From NCBI GenBank assembly GCA_942490825.1, contig CALNYG010000013.1:125281-189280 (forward strand): a DNA stretch of 64,000 nt, given 5' to 3'. The position numbers and the translations under genes were made by a program. Under the pieces are notes generated by a model, which did not search any database, was not told where the DNA came from, and saw only the letters and a program-made list of their open reading frames with translations. Origin of the DNA: Candidatus Moraniibacteriota bacterium. Its GTDB lineage: Bacteria; Patescibacteriota; Minisyncoccia; Moranbacterales; GCA-2747515. Within the stretch, counting starts at the first letter, position 1. Every line of letters starts with the position of its first letter. Positions 20,715 to 30,488 of this stretch are shown here, piece by piece.

Positions 20715-21377
20715 ATGTCAAAAAAATTCGCAGGAGACGAAAAAGTTGGAGAATCAATTTTGTCCAAAGCAGAAAATAAATTCAAGTTTTGGGTAGTGCC
20801 GAAAATACCGAAATACATTGAAACTTATCATTTAACTCTCACAACAATAATTTGGAGTGCAATAAATTTTTGGGTGGCATTTTACGCAAAGGAAAATTTA
20901 AATTTACTTTGGATAGTTTCGGCTTCAATTATTTTACAGTACATCACAGATCTATTCGACGGAGAGCTGGGACGACAGAGAAATACAGGGTTAATTAAAT
21001 GGGGATTTTATATGGATCACTTTTTAGATTTTATATTTTTAGGATCTTTAGTTTTTGCAGGTTATATGATTTCTCCAATAGGTTTAGAAATGTGGCATGT
21101 TTTACTTTTGATAATTTTAGTGGCGTATATGGCGAGCTCATTTTTATCTTTTGGAGCAACTAATAAATTTGAAATTTATTATTACGGTTTAGGTCCAACA
21201 GAAACAAGAGTCGGATTTATTTTAATAAATGCTTACATAATATTTTTTGGAACCGGGTACTTTTATATTCTATTGCCACTTGCTGTTGCAGTAACTTCAT
21301 TAGGATTAATTATTACGGTCTACAAAATACATAAACAACTTTGGAAAATTGATATGGATAATTTAAATAAAAATTAG
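20715..21377 (+). CDS. CDP-alcohol phosphatidyltransferase family protein
   Basis: D-G-x2-G-R-x9-G-x3-D-x3-D motif (DGELGRQRNTGLIKWGFYMDHFLD) in a polytopic protein. Confidence 0.6.
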   Translation: MSKKFAGDEKVGESILSKAENKFKFWVVPKIPKYIETYHLTLTTIIWSAINFWVAFYAKENLNLLWIVSASIILQYITDLFDGELGRQRNTGLIKWGFYMDHFLDFIFLGSLVFAGYMISPIGLEMWHVLLLIILVAYMASSFLSFGATNKFEIYYYGLGPTETRVGFILINAYIIFFGTGYFYILLPLAVAVTSLGLIITVYKIHKQLWKIDMDNLNKN

Positions 21378-21395
21378 TTTTTAAATTTTCATTTT

Positions 21396-21436
21396 AAAAT
21401 AATAAAATCCCGACTGGTGATAATATGGACCATCGG
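21396..21436 (+). terminator. Hairpin terminator (AAAATCCCGA ... TCGGGATTTT)
   Basis: 10-bp stem with a 19-nt loop plus a T-run after the stop at 21377. Confidence 0.55.
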
Positions 21437-21720
21437 GATTTTATGTTTGATTGCTTGCACGATCTTGTATAGACATCACACCATGAAACCGCACTTTTTA
21501 TAATCGCACATCATTTTGAAAGACATTTTTTATTTAATACCTTTTTTAATTAACCACTACCCATTAAATAAATTAATTTCGCTTTCTAATATATTTAAAA
21601 TCTAACATTAAAAATATTTGAATGAGTAATAGTTATTTGGAAATGGTATAAAAGTTTGCATATTGCACGGCAGAAAGATTGATTTATCTGGAATTTCAAT
21701 AAGTTTTTCTGATATTTAAC

Positions 21721-21778
21721 AAGATTCCGGATAAACAATTTTTCCGCTCCGCTACAAAATTATTTTCCGGAATGACAT
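21721..21778. repeat. Miniature inverted-repeat family 1, short form
   Basis: GATTCCGGATAAAcaattTTTCCGctccgc...TTTTCCGGAATGACAT. Confidence 0.45.
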
Positions 21779-21898
21779 GTTTTGTGCGGTTTGTTAATGT
21801 GATGTCTATATATATATCAATAGTCAATCAAAAAGAGTCACAAAAAAATAACAGTATGGTAAAATAAAAATAAGAATCAATTTAAAACTAAAAACAAA

Positions 21899-24571
21899 AT
21901 GAAAAAGTTCACTAATAAACCATATTACAATTTAGCCACTCAAGAAGTACTAAGTCATTTAAAAACTAGCAAACAAGGATTAAGTGAATTCGATGCACAA
22001 GGACGCTTAGAATCTTTTGGTGGAAATGTATTGCCTAAACAAAAAAAACTTTCAAAATTATTTCTCTTATTAAAACAATTTAAGAGCGTATTAATTTATA
22101 TAATTTTAACCGCTGCAGCTATCTCATTTTTTTTAGGAGATGTTGTCGAAGGTGTTTTCATCGTTGTTGTTGTATTAGTAAATGTTATTGTTAGTTTTAT
22201 TCAAGAATATAAAGCAGGAGAGGCTTTGAAAAAATTACAAGATACCGTTCAGCAATATACTCGAGTAATTCGCGATGGAAGAAAGAGACAAATTTTAGCT
22301 AAAGATATTGTAGTAGGTGATATTTTAGAAATCATGTCAGGAGATAAAGTTGTAGCTGATGGGCGAATAATTAGTGAAGTAAGTTTAAAAATAAATGAAT
22401 CTAGTTTAACAGGTGAGTGGAAAGGCGTTGATAAAAAAGATACTTTTTTAGAAGATATTTTAACGATCAGCGATCAGCAAAATATGATTTTTTCTGGTAC
22501 AAGCGTAATTGAAGGTCAAGGACTTTTTGTAGTTACAGCGACTGGTGTTGATACTGAAATTGGAAAAATTGCAAAGTTAGTTAAAGAAAGTGAAGAACCA
22601 CAAACTCCATTACAAAAGAAATTAGCACATCTTTCTCGAATGATTGGATTTTTTATTTTAGTCACAATTGCGGCCTTTGCGTCTTTAGAAATTTGGCGTG
22701 GTGAAAATATTGAAGATGTTTTCCTTTCTTCTACAGCTTTGGTTGTAAGTGCTATTCCAGAAGGATTATTGCCAGCGATTACAATTATCCTTATTTTCGG
22801 AATGCGACGTTTAGCTAAACAAAGAGCGTTAGTTAGAAAATTGGCGGTCAATGAAACTATGGGTGCTATTACAACAATTTGTACTGATAAAACAGGAACT
22901 CTAACAAAGGGAGAGATGCAGGTGAGTCATATTTTAACTGGATCAAAAGAGCTTTTTAATTATGAAATTGGTAACCTTGATTCAAATGACGGGTTGCATA
23001 GTGGGCATATAAAAGCATTGCTAATTGCTTCTTTGGTTAATGATGCTTATATTGAAAACAGGGGTGAAAGTCTTTCTACTTGGAAAGTGCAGGGTCGCCC
23101 AACGGATAAAGCTTTATTACTAGCAGGAGCTCAATCGGGAATTGATGTTGATAAATTTCATTCAGATAATAAATTAATTGATCAAAAGCTATTCAATTCA
23201 AAGCAAAAATATGCTACTCGAACTTTTCAGACTAGCGAGGATTCATTTAAAATAATGATGCTAGGCGCTCCAGAAAAAGTTTTAGCAAATACTTCTCAAG
23301 CTTGTATAAATAATCACTGTCAATCAATAAATTCGCAAGAAGGTGAAGAATTAAAAAAGCGCTTTGAAGAATTAACAAGTAGGGGTTTACGAGTATTAGC
23401 CTGTGCAGAAAAAGTTATTGATAAAAAAGAATATGATAATTTATCTTCAGAAGAAAGAAATAAAAATTTGTCTTTGGTCGGTTTCATTGGATTGAAAGAT
23501 CCGTTGCGATCTGATGTTAAAGGTTCTTTAGAATTAGCAAAAAAGGCAGGTATTAAAACTATAATTATTACAGGAGATCATGCAGTTACCGCTGAGGCGA
23601 TTATGGCAGAATTGGAAAATTATATAGATAAAAGTCAGGTGTGTATTGGAAGTGAGATTGATGGAATGAATGATGAGGAACTTCATAAAAGAATCAAAAA
23701 AACAAAAATTTTTGCTCGAGTTTTGCCGGAACATAAAATTAGAATTGTTAAGTCTTTGCAGAAAGATGGTGAGATTGTGGCGATGGTGGGAGATGGGATT
23801 AATGATGCACCAGCATTGAAAGCGGCAGATGTTGGGATTAGCGTTGGAAATGGAACAGATATTGCTAAAGAAGTTTCTGACATTGTTCTTTTGGATAATA
23901 GCTTTAATACAATTGTTAAGGCGGTTGAGCAGGGAAGAATGATTTATGAAAATATTCGGAGGATTATTATTTATCTTTTGGCGGATGATTTTTCTGAACT
24001 TTTTGTGTTTTTTATTGCGATGGCTTTTGGTTGGCCGTTACCACTTTTGGCAGTTCAAATTTTGTGGATTAATTTAATCGAGGATGGTTTTCCAGATGTG
24101 GCTTTGACAACTGAAAATGATAAAAAGGGTTTAATGGATGTTCCACCGCGAAATCCGAAAGAACCAATTTTATCTAGATCTTACAAAAAATTTATGTTTG
24201 CGGTATTTTTGGTTTCTGGAATTGCAGCAACTTTGGCATTTTACTTTACTTTACATTTTTCTCAGAATGTTGATTTAGCAAGAACGGTTACATTTGCTTT
24301 AATTAGTTTTGATTCTTTGATTTTTGTTTATGTGATTAGAAATTTCCGTAAATCGATTTTTCGTGGGGATATTTTTTCAAATATGTTTGTGAATTTGGCG
24401 AATTTTGTGGCTTTAGCTTTACTTTTGGTTGGTTTGTATGTTCCGTTTGTTGCTCAATTTTTACATACTGTTCCTTTAGGTTTAAATCATTGGTTTTTGA
24501 TTATTGGATTTACAGTTATTGAAACAATTATTTTTGAGATTTTGAAAGTTAGGTTTTTTCGAAAAGTTTAA
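21899..24571 (+). CDS. P-type cation-transporting ATPase (type IIA/IIB-like, probably Ca2+)
   Basis: CTDKTGTLT phosphorylation site, TGDHAVTA, GDGINDAPAL, and 10 transmembrane helices. Confidence 0.9.
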   Translation: MKKFTNKPYYNLATQEVLSHLKTSKQGLSEFDAQGRLESFGGNVLPKQKKLSKLFLLLKQFKSVLIYIILTAAAISFFLGDVVEGVFIVVVVLVNVIVSFIQEYKAGEALKKLQDTVQQYTRVIRDGRKRQILAKDIVVGDILEIMSGDKVVADGRIISEVSLKINESSLTGEWKGVDKKDTFLEDILTISDQQNMIFSGTSVIEGQGLFVVTATGVDTEIGKIAKLVKESEEPQTPLQKKLAHLSRMIGFFILVTIAAFASLEIWRGENIEDVFLSSTALVVSAIPEGLLPAITIILIFGMRRLAKQRALVRKLAVNETMGAITTICTDKTGTLTKGEMQVSHILTGSKELFNYEIGNLDSNDGLHSGHIKALLIASLVNDAYIENRGESLSTWKVQGRPTDKALLLAGAQSGIDVDKFHSDNKLIDQKLFNSKQKYATRTFQTSEDSFKIMMLGAPEKVLANTSQACINNHCQSINSQEGEELKKRFEELTSRGLRVLACAEKVIDKKEYDNLSSEERNKNLSLVGFIGLKDPLRSDVKGSLELAKKAGIKTIIITGDHAVTAEAIMAELENYIDKSQVCIGSEIDGMNDEELHKRIKKTKIFARVLPEHKIRIVKSLQKDGEIVAMVGDGINDAPALKAADVGISVGNGTDIAKEVSDIVLLDNSFNTIVKAVEQGRMIYENIRRIIIYLLADDFSELFVFFIAMAFGWPLPLLAVQILWINLIEDGFPDVALTTENDKKGLMDVPPRNPKEPILSRSYKKFMFAVFLVSGIAATLAFYFTLHFSQNVDLARTVTFALISFDSLIFVYVIRNFRKSIFRGDIFSNMFVNLANFVALALLLVGLYVPFVAQFLHTVPLGLNHWFLIIGFTVIETIIFEILKVRFFRKV

Positions 24572-24680
24572 TTTTAAAGTTGATGGTTATTTATTACTTT
24601 TTGTCAACTTGACATAATTTTTTTGTACTTAAAGTGTGATATAATAAATTTAGAAATAAATACAAACTAAATACAACTTT

Positions 24681-27600
24681 ATGAAAAAAATATTATCAAT
24701 CTTCGTGTTTTTTGTAATAATATTTTTAGGGACATACCATAACGTATTAGCCGCTAATCCAACAATTTCTGCAGTAGAGTTAGTTCCAACACCAACAAAT
24801 GATCCAGAATATACTTTTAATACAGATCAGGAGGGAACAATTACATATGGAGGGGATTGTAGTGCTACTACAGCAACTACAGTAGCAACAATAGGAGATA
24901 ACACAATTACTTTTAGTGGACTTTCAGATGCGACTTATTCAAGTTGTACTGTTATGGTGACTAACACTTCATTGGAAGATTCTAATATTTTAAGTGTTGA
25001 TACTTTTATATTGGAAACAGTTGCTCCAGTATTAACTCAAGTAACTCCAGTTTCAACTCCAACTACAGATACAACTCCAGATTATACTTTTGATACAGAC
25101 GAAGCGGGAACAATTACTTACGGAGGAAGTTGTGCAAGTATTTTGGATGTAAGTGTAGCGACAGCGGGAAATAAGACAATTACCTTTGACAAAACTATTT
25201 TAACAATCCAAGCTGTGGAACCTTTGATAGATGCTACATATTCAGATTGCACAATTAAAGTGACAGATGAAGCTGGAAACATTTCGGAACCTTTAACTGT
25301 AGATTCCTTTACAGTTGAAACAGGGGCTCCAACATTATCTCAATTAGCTCCAATTTCAACTCCAACTAGTGACACAACTCCAAATTATTCTTTTTATACT
25401 GATGAAGCGGGAACAATAAATTATTCAGGAGATTGTGCAAGCACTACTTTAAATGCAAACGCAGGAAATAATACGATTACTTTTGATACGCCTCTATTAG
25501 CGGAGTTACATTCAAATTGTTATATAACCGTAAATGATGGAGATTCTAATTTATCTAATAGTTTGCATGTAAGTGATTTTACCATAAAAGAAGTGCCTTC
25601 AATAAATAATGTAACAGGGGTAATTAATGGAGGAAATTCTATAACTATATCAGGAGCAGATTTTGGAGACAAGTCTGTAGCCGCACCATTGCGTTATGAT
25701 AATTTTGAGGGTGGTACAGCTGATTTAGCAATACCAAGTGATCAACCTGGGGGAGGATGGTCAACAGAATCACATAATGGTACAAACGCTCTTACTTGGT
25801 CAGATGAGACAGTTCGTTTTCCGGGGACATTATCAGCAAAACAATCCTATGATGATGAATTCGCTGGTGCGGGTATTTCTTTGGATAACAGGGATGATGT
25901 GGATACTATTCCCGAGACTAACGAAATGTATGTGTCGGGTTGGTTTTGGTTTGATACCTGGGATGGGCTTACTAACAATACCAAATTCATTAATATGGGA
26001 GTGCCCGATCCAATTCCAGCTGAACATAACGGATGGCAGACAAGACTGGACGGAAATCAAGAGACCGATAATGGACTTTTTTATGCATATATGAGTGATG
26101 ATTGTTCAATAGAGGGGACAAACGGGCAAAAACTTAAATATGAAGATTATCATTCTTTTGAAAATTATTTTCAACCTAATTCGAGTTGGCATAGAATTGA
26201 AACATATTTACGAATAGGATCTGATGGGTATCGAGATATTTATATTGACGGTGTTAAAATAGGAGAATTGATGGGAAATTTCACTTCTAACAATTGTGAA
26301 TTAGAATATGTTCTTATTGGCCATTATTTTCGTTTAGACTATGGTGTTGGGGATCCAACAGGTGTAAGATATTGGGACGAATTATATGTAGACACTACTC
26401 AAGCAAGAGTTGAAATTTGTGAGGATTCTATTTTTTCAAATTGTACTCACAAAGAAATTCAAATTCCTACTTCATGGAATGACATTACAGGAGAAATAGA
26501 GGTTACTTTAAATGAGGGATCATTGGATACATTGGGCGGAAAATATATTTATGTGATAGATTCAGACGGAACAGTTAGTAACAGTTATCTTTTAGATGCT
26601 GACACCACCCCAGATGCATTCACTTTCACCAACATCACAGGTGCAACAACCTCAACCCAATACACTTCAGATACAATTACCGTTGCAGGAATAGATGCAG
26701 GAGCAGACGCAACAATTGAAATCACAACTTGTGATTCAATAGGGACATGTGAATATGAACTTAATAACAGCGGATCATGGACAAGCACATCAGGAACAGT
26801 AAATTTAGGTGATATAGTAAAAGTCAGACAAACCTCATCTTCTAGTTATGGCACTCAAACTGATTTAACTTTAAGTATTGGAGGAGTGGAAGGTACTCAT
26901 TCTGTTACAACTTACATTGACACCACCCCAGATGCATTCACTTTCACCAACATCACAGGCGCAACAACCTCAACCGTCTACACTTCAAACTCAATTACTG
27001 TTGCAGGAATAGATGCAGGAGCAGACGCAACAATTGAAATCACAACTTGTGATTCAATAGGGACATGTGAATATGAACTTAATAACAGCGGATCATGGAC
27101 AAGCACATCAGGAACAGTAAATTTAGGTGATATAGTAAAAGTCAGACAAACCTCATCTTCTAGTTATGGCACTCAAACTGATTTAACTTTAAGTATTGGA
27201 GGAGTGGAAGGTACTTATTCTGTTACAACACTAGCAGATACAACCGCTCCAATAATATCTCAATTAGCTCCAATTTCAACTCCAACTAGTGATACAACTC
27301 CAAATTACATTTTTACTACAGATGAGGCAGGAACAATAAATTATTCCGGAGATTGTACAAGTACTACTTTTTTAAATGCAACTGTAGGAAATAATACAAT
27401 CACTTTCGATGCATTGTCAGTTGATGAACATTCAAATTGTCAAATTTCGGTAACTGATTCAGCAAGTAATATTTCCAATACAGTAGATGTTACTAATTTT
27501 ACAATTAAAAATCCACCTTCAATAAATGATGTGACAGGAGCTTTAATTAATGGAGGCTCTATAACTATATCTGGCTCAGATTTTAGTAATCATGATGACT

Positions 27601-30248
27601 TTGGTGGAGTTGATCCATATTTAAATTATGCGTTCGAAGATATCGAAGCGGGGGTGGTTGCTACAGCTCCAAAAGGCTGGTCTGGTGATGCAAGTTCAAC
27701 TACATTAAATAATCGTAGTGGTAGCACATATAGTGCATTTCATGAAAGAAATGTTGTTGCTGAATATACAGATATTTTTGGAGTAGTTACTACTGATAAT
27801 ACAAGAAATGGTCTTAGAATTGACATGGATGGAATTGCTCCAACTCATAGTTATTTAGCTTCATCTTGGGTACGTTTGTCTGATAATTTTTTAAATTTTA
27901 GCGATTATTCTGGTAATTACATGCGTTTTTTAGCTATGGGTCCTGATACTTTCTATAGTAGAGTAGGGACAGCAATTGATCTTCAAACAGTAACAGGAAA
28001 TGGAATCGATAGTGTTGATCATGGAGATCTAGTCGACTATATGCCTTATGGAGAGTGGCATAGAATGGATATGTGGGTAAGTATCCCAGACGCTACTACA
28101 GGATATGTCGATGAAGTTAAATGGTGGGTAGATGGACAGCTTATACGAGAAGTTAGGCAAACCGATGGACCAAATCAACCTGAATTTGGGGACGTTAGTG
28201 ATCTTAGTAGAATAGATTTTTTACCTTATGTTTCAAACCAAAACGATTCTTCATTTAGCATTCAAACAGACGATCATTTTATCGATTTTACTCAAGCACG
28301 AGTAGAGATTTCAGATAGTGCTACTTGGGATAATACCGCTCAAACACATAAAGAGCTTCAATTAGCTACTTCATGGAATGATATTACAGGAGAAATTGAA
28401 GTTACTTTAAATCAAGGCTCATTTGACACATTAGAAGGAAAATATCTTTATGTAATAGATTCAGATGGAAATGCTAGCGACGGATATTTATTAGAAACTT
28501 CAGACCCAACCCCAGACGCTTTCACTTTTACCGACATCACAGACGCAACAACTTCAACAGTCTACACTTCAAATTCAATCACCGTAGCAGGAATTAACAC
28601 AGATGCAACAATTTCAGTTACAAGTGGAGAATACAGCATTAACAGCGGAACCTGGACAAGTATATCAGGAACGGTAAGTTTAAATGATACGGTTGAAGTT
28701 CGACACACCTCATCAGCTAGTTACAGCACTGAAACTACCACAACTTTAGACATCGGAGGAGTGACTGATATTTACAATGTTACAACTGAAGCAGAACCAG
28801 CAGACACAACCCCAACCCCTTTCACTTTCACCGACATCACAGATGCCACAACCTCAACCGTCTACACTTCAAATTCAATTACCGTAGCAGGAATTAACAC
28901 AGACACAACAATTTCAGTTACAAATGGAGAATACAGTATCAACAGCGGAGCCTGGACAAGTACATCAGGAACAGTAAGTTTAAATGATACGGTTGAAGTT
29001 CGACATACTTCTTCAGCAAATTACAGCACTGAAACTACCACAACTTTAGACATCGGAGGAGTGACTGATATTTACAATGTTACGACTGAAGCGGAGCCAG
29101 TTGACACCACTCCCGACGCTTTCACTTTCACCGACGTAACAGATGCCACAACCTCAACTTTATACACTTCAAACGCAATTACAGTAACAGGAATTAACAC
29201 AGACGCAACAATCTCAGTTACAAGTGGAGAATACAGCATCAACAGCGGAACATGGACAAGCACATCAGGAACAGTAAGTTTAAATGACACAGTTGAAGTT
29301 CGACACACCTCATCAGCTAGTTACAGCACAGAAACTACCACGACTTTAGATATCGGAGGAGTTTCTGATATTTACAATGTTACGACTGAAGCAGAGCCAG
29401 CAGAACCAGTCGAGCCAGAAGTTCCAACTGATCCAATAGAGCCAATAGATCCATCAGAACCGTTAAATCCAGTAACTCCAATCGCACCAATTACACCAAA
29501 TGATCCAGAAGCTGATGAAGATGGATCAATAGGAAACACCATTTGGAATGACGAAAATAAAAATGGAAAACAAGATAATGACGAACCAGGAATTGAAAAT
29601 ATTAGAGTTAAATTAATTTTAGCAGGATCTGATAATGATTTTGACACAGATGATGAAATTTGGAGAACTGATACTAATCACAATGGACATTATCTTTTTG
29701 AAAATCTTCCAGAAGGAAAATATAGAGTGATAATTAAAGAAGAAGATCTAACAGATTGGACTCAAACCTATGATCCAAGTCATAGTGAAAATATGAATAA
29801 TCAGTTAACTTTAGATTTAGATGAAAATGATGAATATACTAAAGCTGATTTTGGGTATGTGAAAAAAAGTAATGATAATTTAGTGGAATATAATAACAGT
29901 TTATTAAATAATACTTACACAGAAACAACTATTGCTAATGATGATGTTGCAGTAAATTCAGATACAGATAATTTAGATTTAGTAAATTTAAACGATGTTA
30001 TCGAGAATAAAAATGTAGAGAAAAACAAAGTTATTGATGATGTTGTAGATAAGGTGGATGATAACAGAAAAGAAGAAAATGAGTTGTTTGCTGAGTATTC
30101 TGATTTTACCAGTAGTAAAGATGAGATAAGTACTGATAACAAAACAGAAAGTAGTGAAGTTATTAAATATGTAGTAGGATCTTTGATAGGCGCAGCTTCT
30201 GTACTTTTGTTATTTTGGTTTTTTAAGAAAGATGAAAATTTAAATTAA
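24681..30248 (+). CDS. Giant repetitive cell-surface protein (1855 aa) with an SdrD B-like/Cna B domain and a C-terminal transmembrane anchor
   Basis: Signal peptide, Thr/Ser-rich beta-domain repeats, a proline-rich linker (EPAEPVEPEVPTDPIEPIDP), an SdrD B-like segment (GNTIWNDENKNGKQDNDEPGIENIRVKL...GKYRV) and a C-terminal hydrophobic anchor. Confidence 0.8.
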   Translation: MKKILSIFVFFVIIFLGTYHNVLAANPTISAVELVPTPTNDPEYTFNTDQEGTITYGGDCSATTATTVATIGDNTITFSGLSDATYSSCTVMVTNTSLEDSNILSVDTFILETVAPVLTQVTPVSTPTTDTTPDYTFDTDEAGTITYGGSCASILDVSVATAGNKTITFDKTILTIQAVEPLIDATYSDCTIKVTDEAGNISEPLTVDSFTVETGAPTLSQLAPISTPTSDTTPNYSFYTDEAGTINYSGDCASTTLNANAGNNTITFDTPLLAELHSNCYITVNDGDSNLSNSLHVSDFTIKEVPSINNVTGVINGGNSITISGADFGDKSVAAPLRYDNFEGGTADLAIPSDQPGGGWSTESHNGTNALTWSDETVRFPGTLSAKQSYDDEFAGAGISLDNRDDVDTIPETNEMYVSGWFWFDTWDGLTNNTKFINMGVPDPIPAEHNGWQTRLDGNQETDNGLFYAYMSDDCSIEGTNGQKLKYEDYHSFENYFQPNSSWHRIETYLRIGSDGYRDIYIDGVKIGELMGNFTSNNCELEYVLIGHYFRLDYGVGDPTGVRYWDELYVDTTQARVEICEDSIFSNCTHKEIQIPTSWNDITGEIEVTLNEGSLDTLGGKYIYVIDSDGTVSNSYLLDADTTPDAFTFTNITGATTSTQYTSDTITVAGIDAGADATIEITTCDSIGTCEYELNNSGSWTSTSGTVNLGDIVKVRQTSSSSYGTQTDLTLSIGGVEGTHSVTTYIDTTPDAFTFTNITGATTSTVYTSNSITVAGIDAGADATIEITTCDSIGTCEYELNNSGSWTSTSGTVNLGDIVKVRQTSSSSYGTQTDLTLSIGGVEGTYSVTTLADTTAPIISQLAPISTPTSDTTPNYIFTTDEAGTINYSGDCTSTTFLNATVGNNTITFDALSVDEHSNCQISVTDSASNISNTVDVTNFTIKNPPSINDVTGALINGGSITISGSDFSNHDDFGGVDPYLNYAFEDIEAGVVATAPKGWSGDASSTTLNNRSGSTYSAFHERNVVAEYTDIFGVVTTDNTRNGLRIDMDGIAPTHSYLASSWVRLSDNFLNFSDYSGNYMRFLAMGPDTFYSRVGTAIDLQTVTGNGIDSVDHGDLVDYMPYGEWHRMDMWVSIPDATTGYVDEVKWWVDGQLIREVRQTDGPNQPEFGDVSDLSRIDFLPYVSNQNDSSFSIQTDDHFIDFTQARVEISDSATWDNTAQTHKELQLATSWNDITGEIEVTLNQGSFDTLEGKYLYVIDSDGNASDGYLLETSDPTPDAFTFTDITDATTSTVYTSNSITVAGINTDATISVTSGEYSINSGTWTSISGTVSLNDTVEVRHTSSASYSTETTTTLDIGGVTDIYNVTTEAEPADTTPTPFTFTDITDATTSTVYTSNSITVAGINTDTTISVTNGEYSINSGAWTSTSGTVSLNDTVEVRHTSSANYSTETTTTLDIGGVTDIYNVTTEAEPVDTTPDAFTFTDVTDATTSTLYTSNAITVTGINTDATISVTSGEYSINSGTWTSTSGTVSLNDTVEVRHTSSASYSTETTTTLDIGGVSDIYNVTTEAEPAEPVEPEVPTDPIEPIDPSEPLNPVTPIAPITPNDPEADEDGSIGNTIWNDENKNGKQDNDEPGIENIRVKLILAGSDNDFDTDDEIWRTDTNHNGHYLFENLPEGKYRVIIKEEDLTDWTQTYDPSHSENMNNQLTLDLDENDEYTKADFGYVKKSNDNLVEYNNSLLNNTYTETTIANDDVAVNSDTDNLDLVNLNDVIENKNVEKNKVIDDVVDKVDDNRKEENELFAEYSDFTSSKDEISTDNKTESSEVIKYVVGSLIGAASVLLLFWFFKKDENLN
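26601..27236 (+). repeat. Two tandem copies of a roughly 318-bp intragenic repeat, more than 97% identical
   Basis: DTTPDAFTFTNITGATTST...LSIGGVEGT repeated back to back. Confidence 0.7.
28501..29400 (+). repeat. Three tandem 300-bp intragenic repeats
   Basis: TTPDAFTFTDITDATTSTVYTSNSITVAGINTD...NVTTEAEP repeated three times. Confidence 0.7.
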
Positions 30249-30373
30249 AAAAATATTAGGTTATAAAATATATTATTTATGCAAATATTCTTGAATTTTA
30301 TTTTTTTAAATTGATTGATAATAGGATTATTATTTTATATGTATTTAATTTATTTTTGAAATTACATGACTTA

Positions 30374-30408
30374 AAAAACACTTTCAAATTATTGAGAGTG
30401 TTTTTTGA
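30374..30408 (+). terminator. Hairpin terminator (AACACTtTCAA...TTGAgAGTGTT)
   Basis: 11-bp stem with one mismatch plus a T6 run, after the stop of the giant protein gene. Confidence 0.5.
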
Positions 30409-30488
30409 TGATCTAATATTTTGACGTGCAACTTCCCATCTGATAAACTGAAGAAAGCTAGATTTTTAAAATAATTTTCAATAAAAAT

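Noticed and set aside
25738-30142. Several 60-120 aa ORFs on both strands inside the 1855-aa protein gene and inside secA (e.g. 25738..26094, 29072..29647-, 31848..32369-)
   Set aside because: They are fully nested in long, well-supported genes and consist of low-complexity repeat translations.
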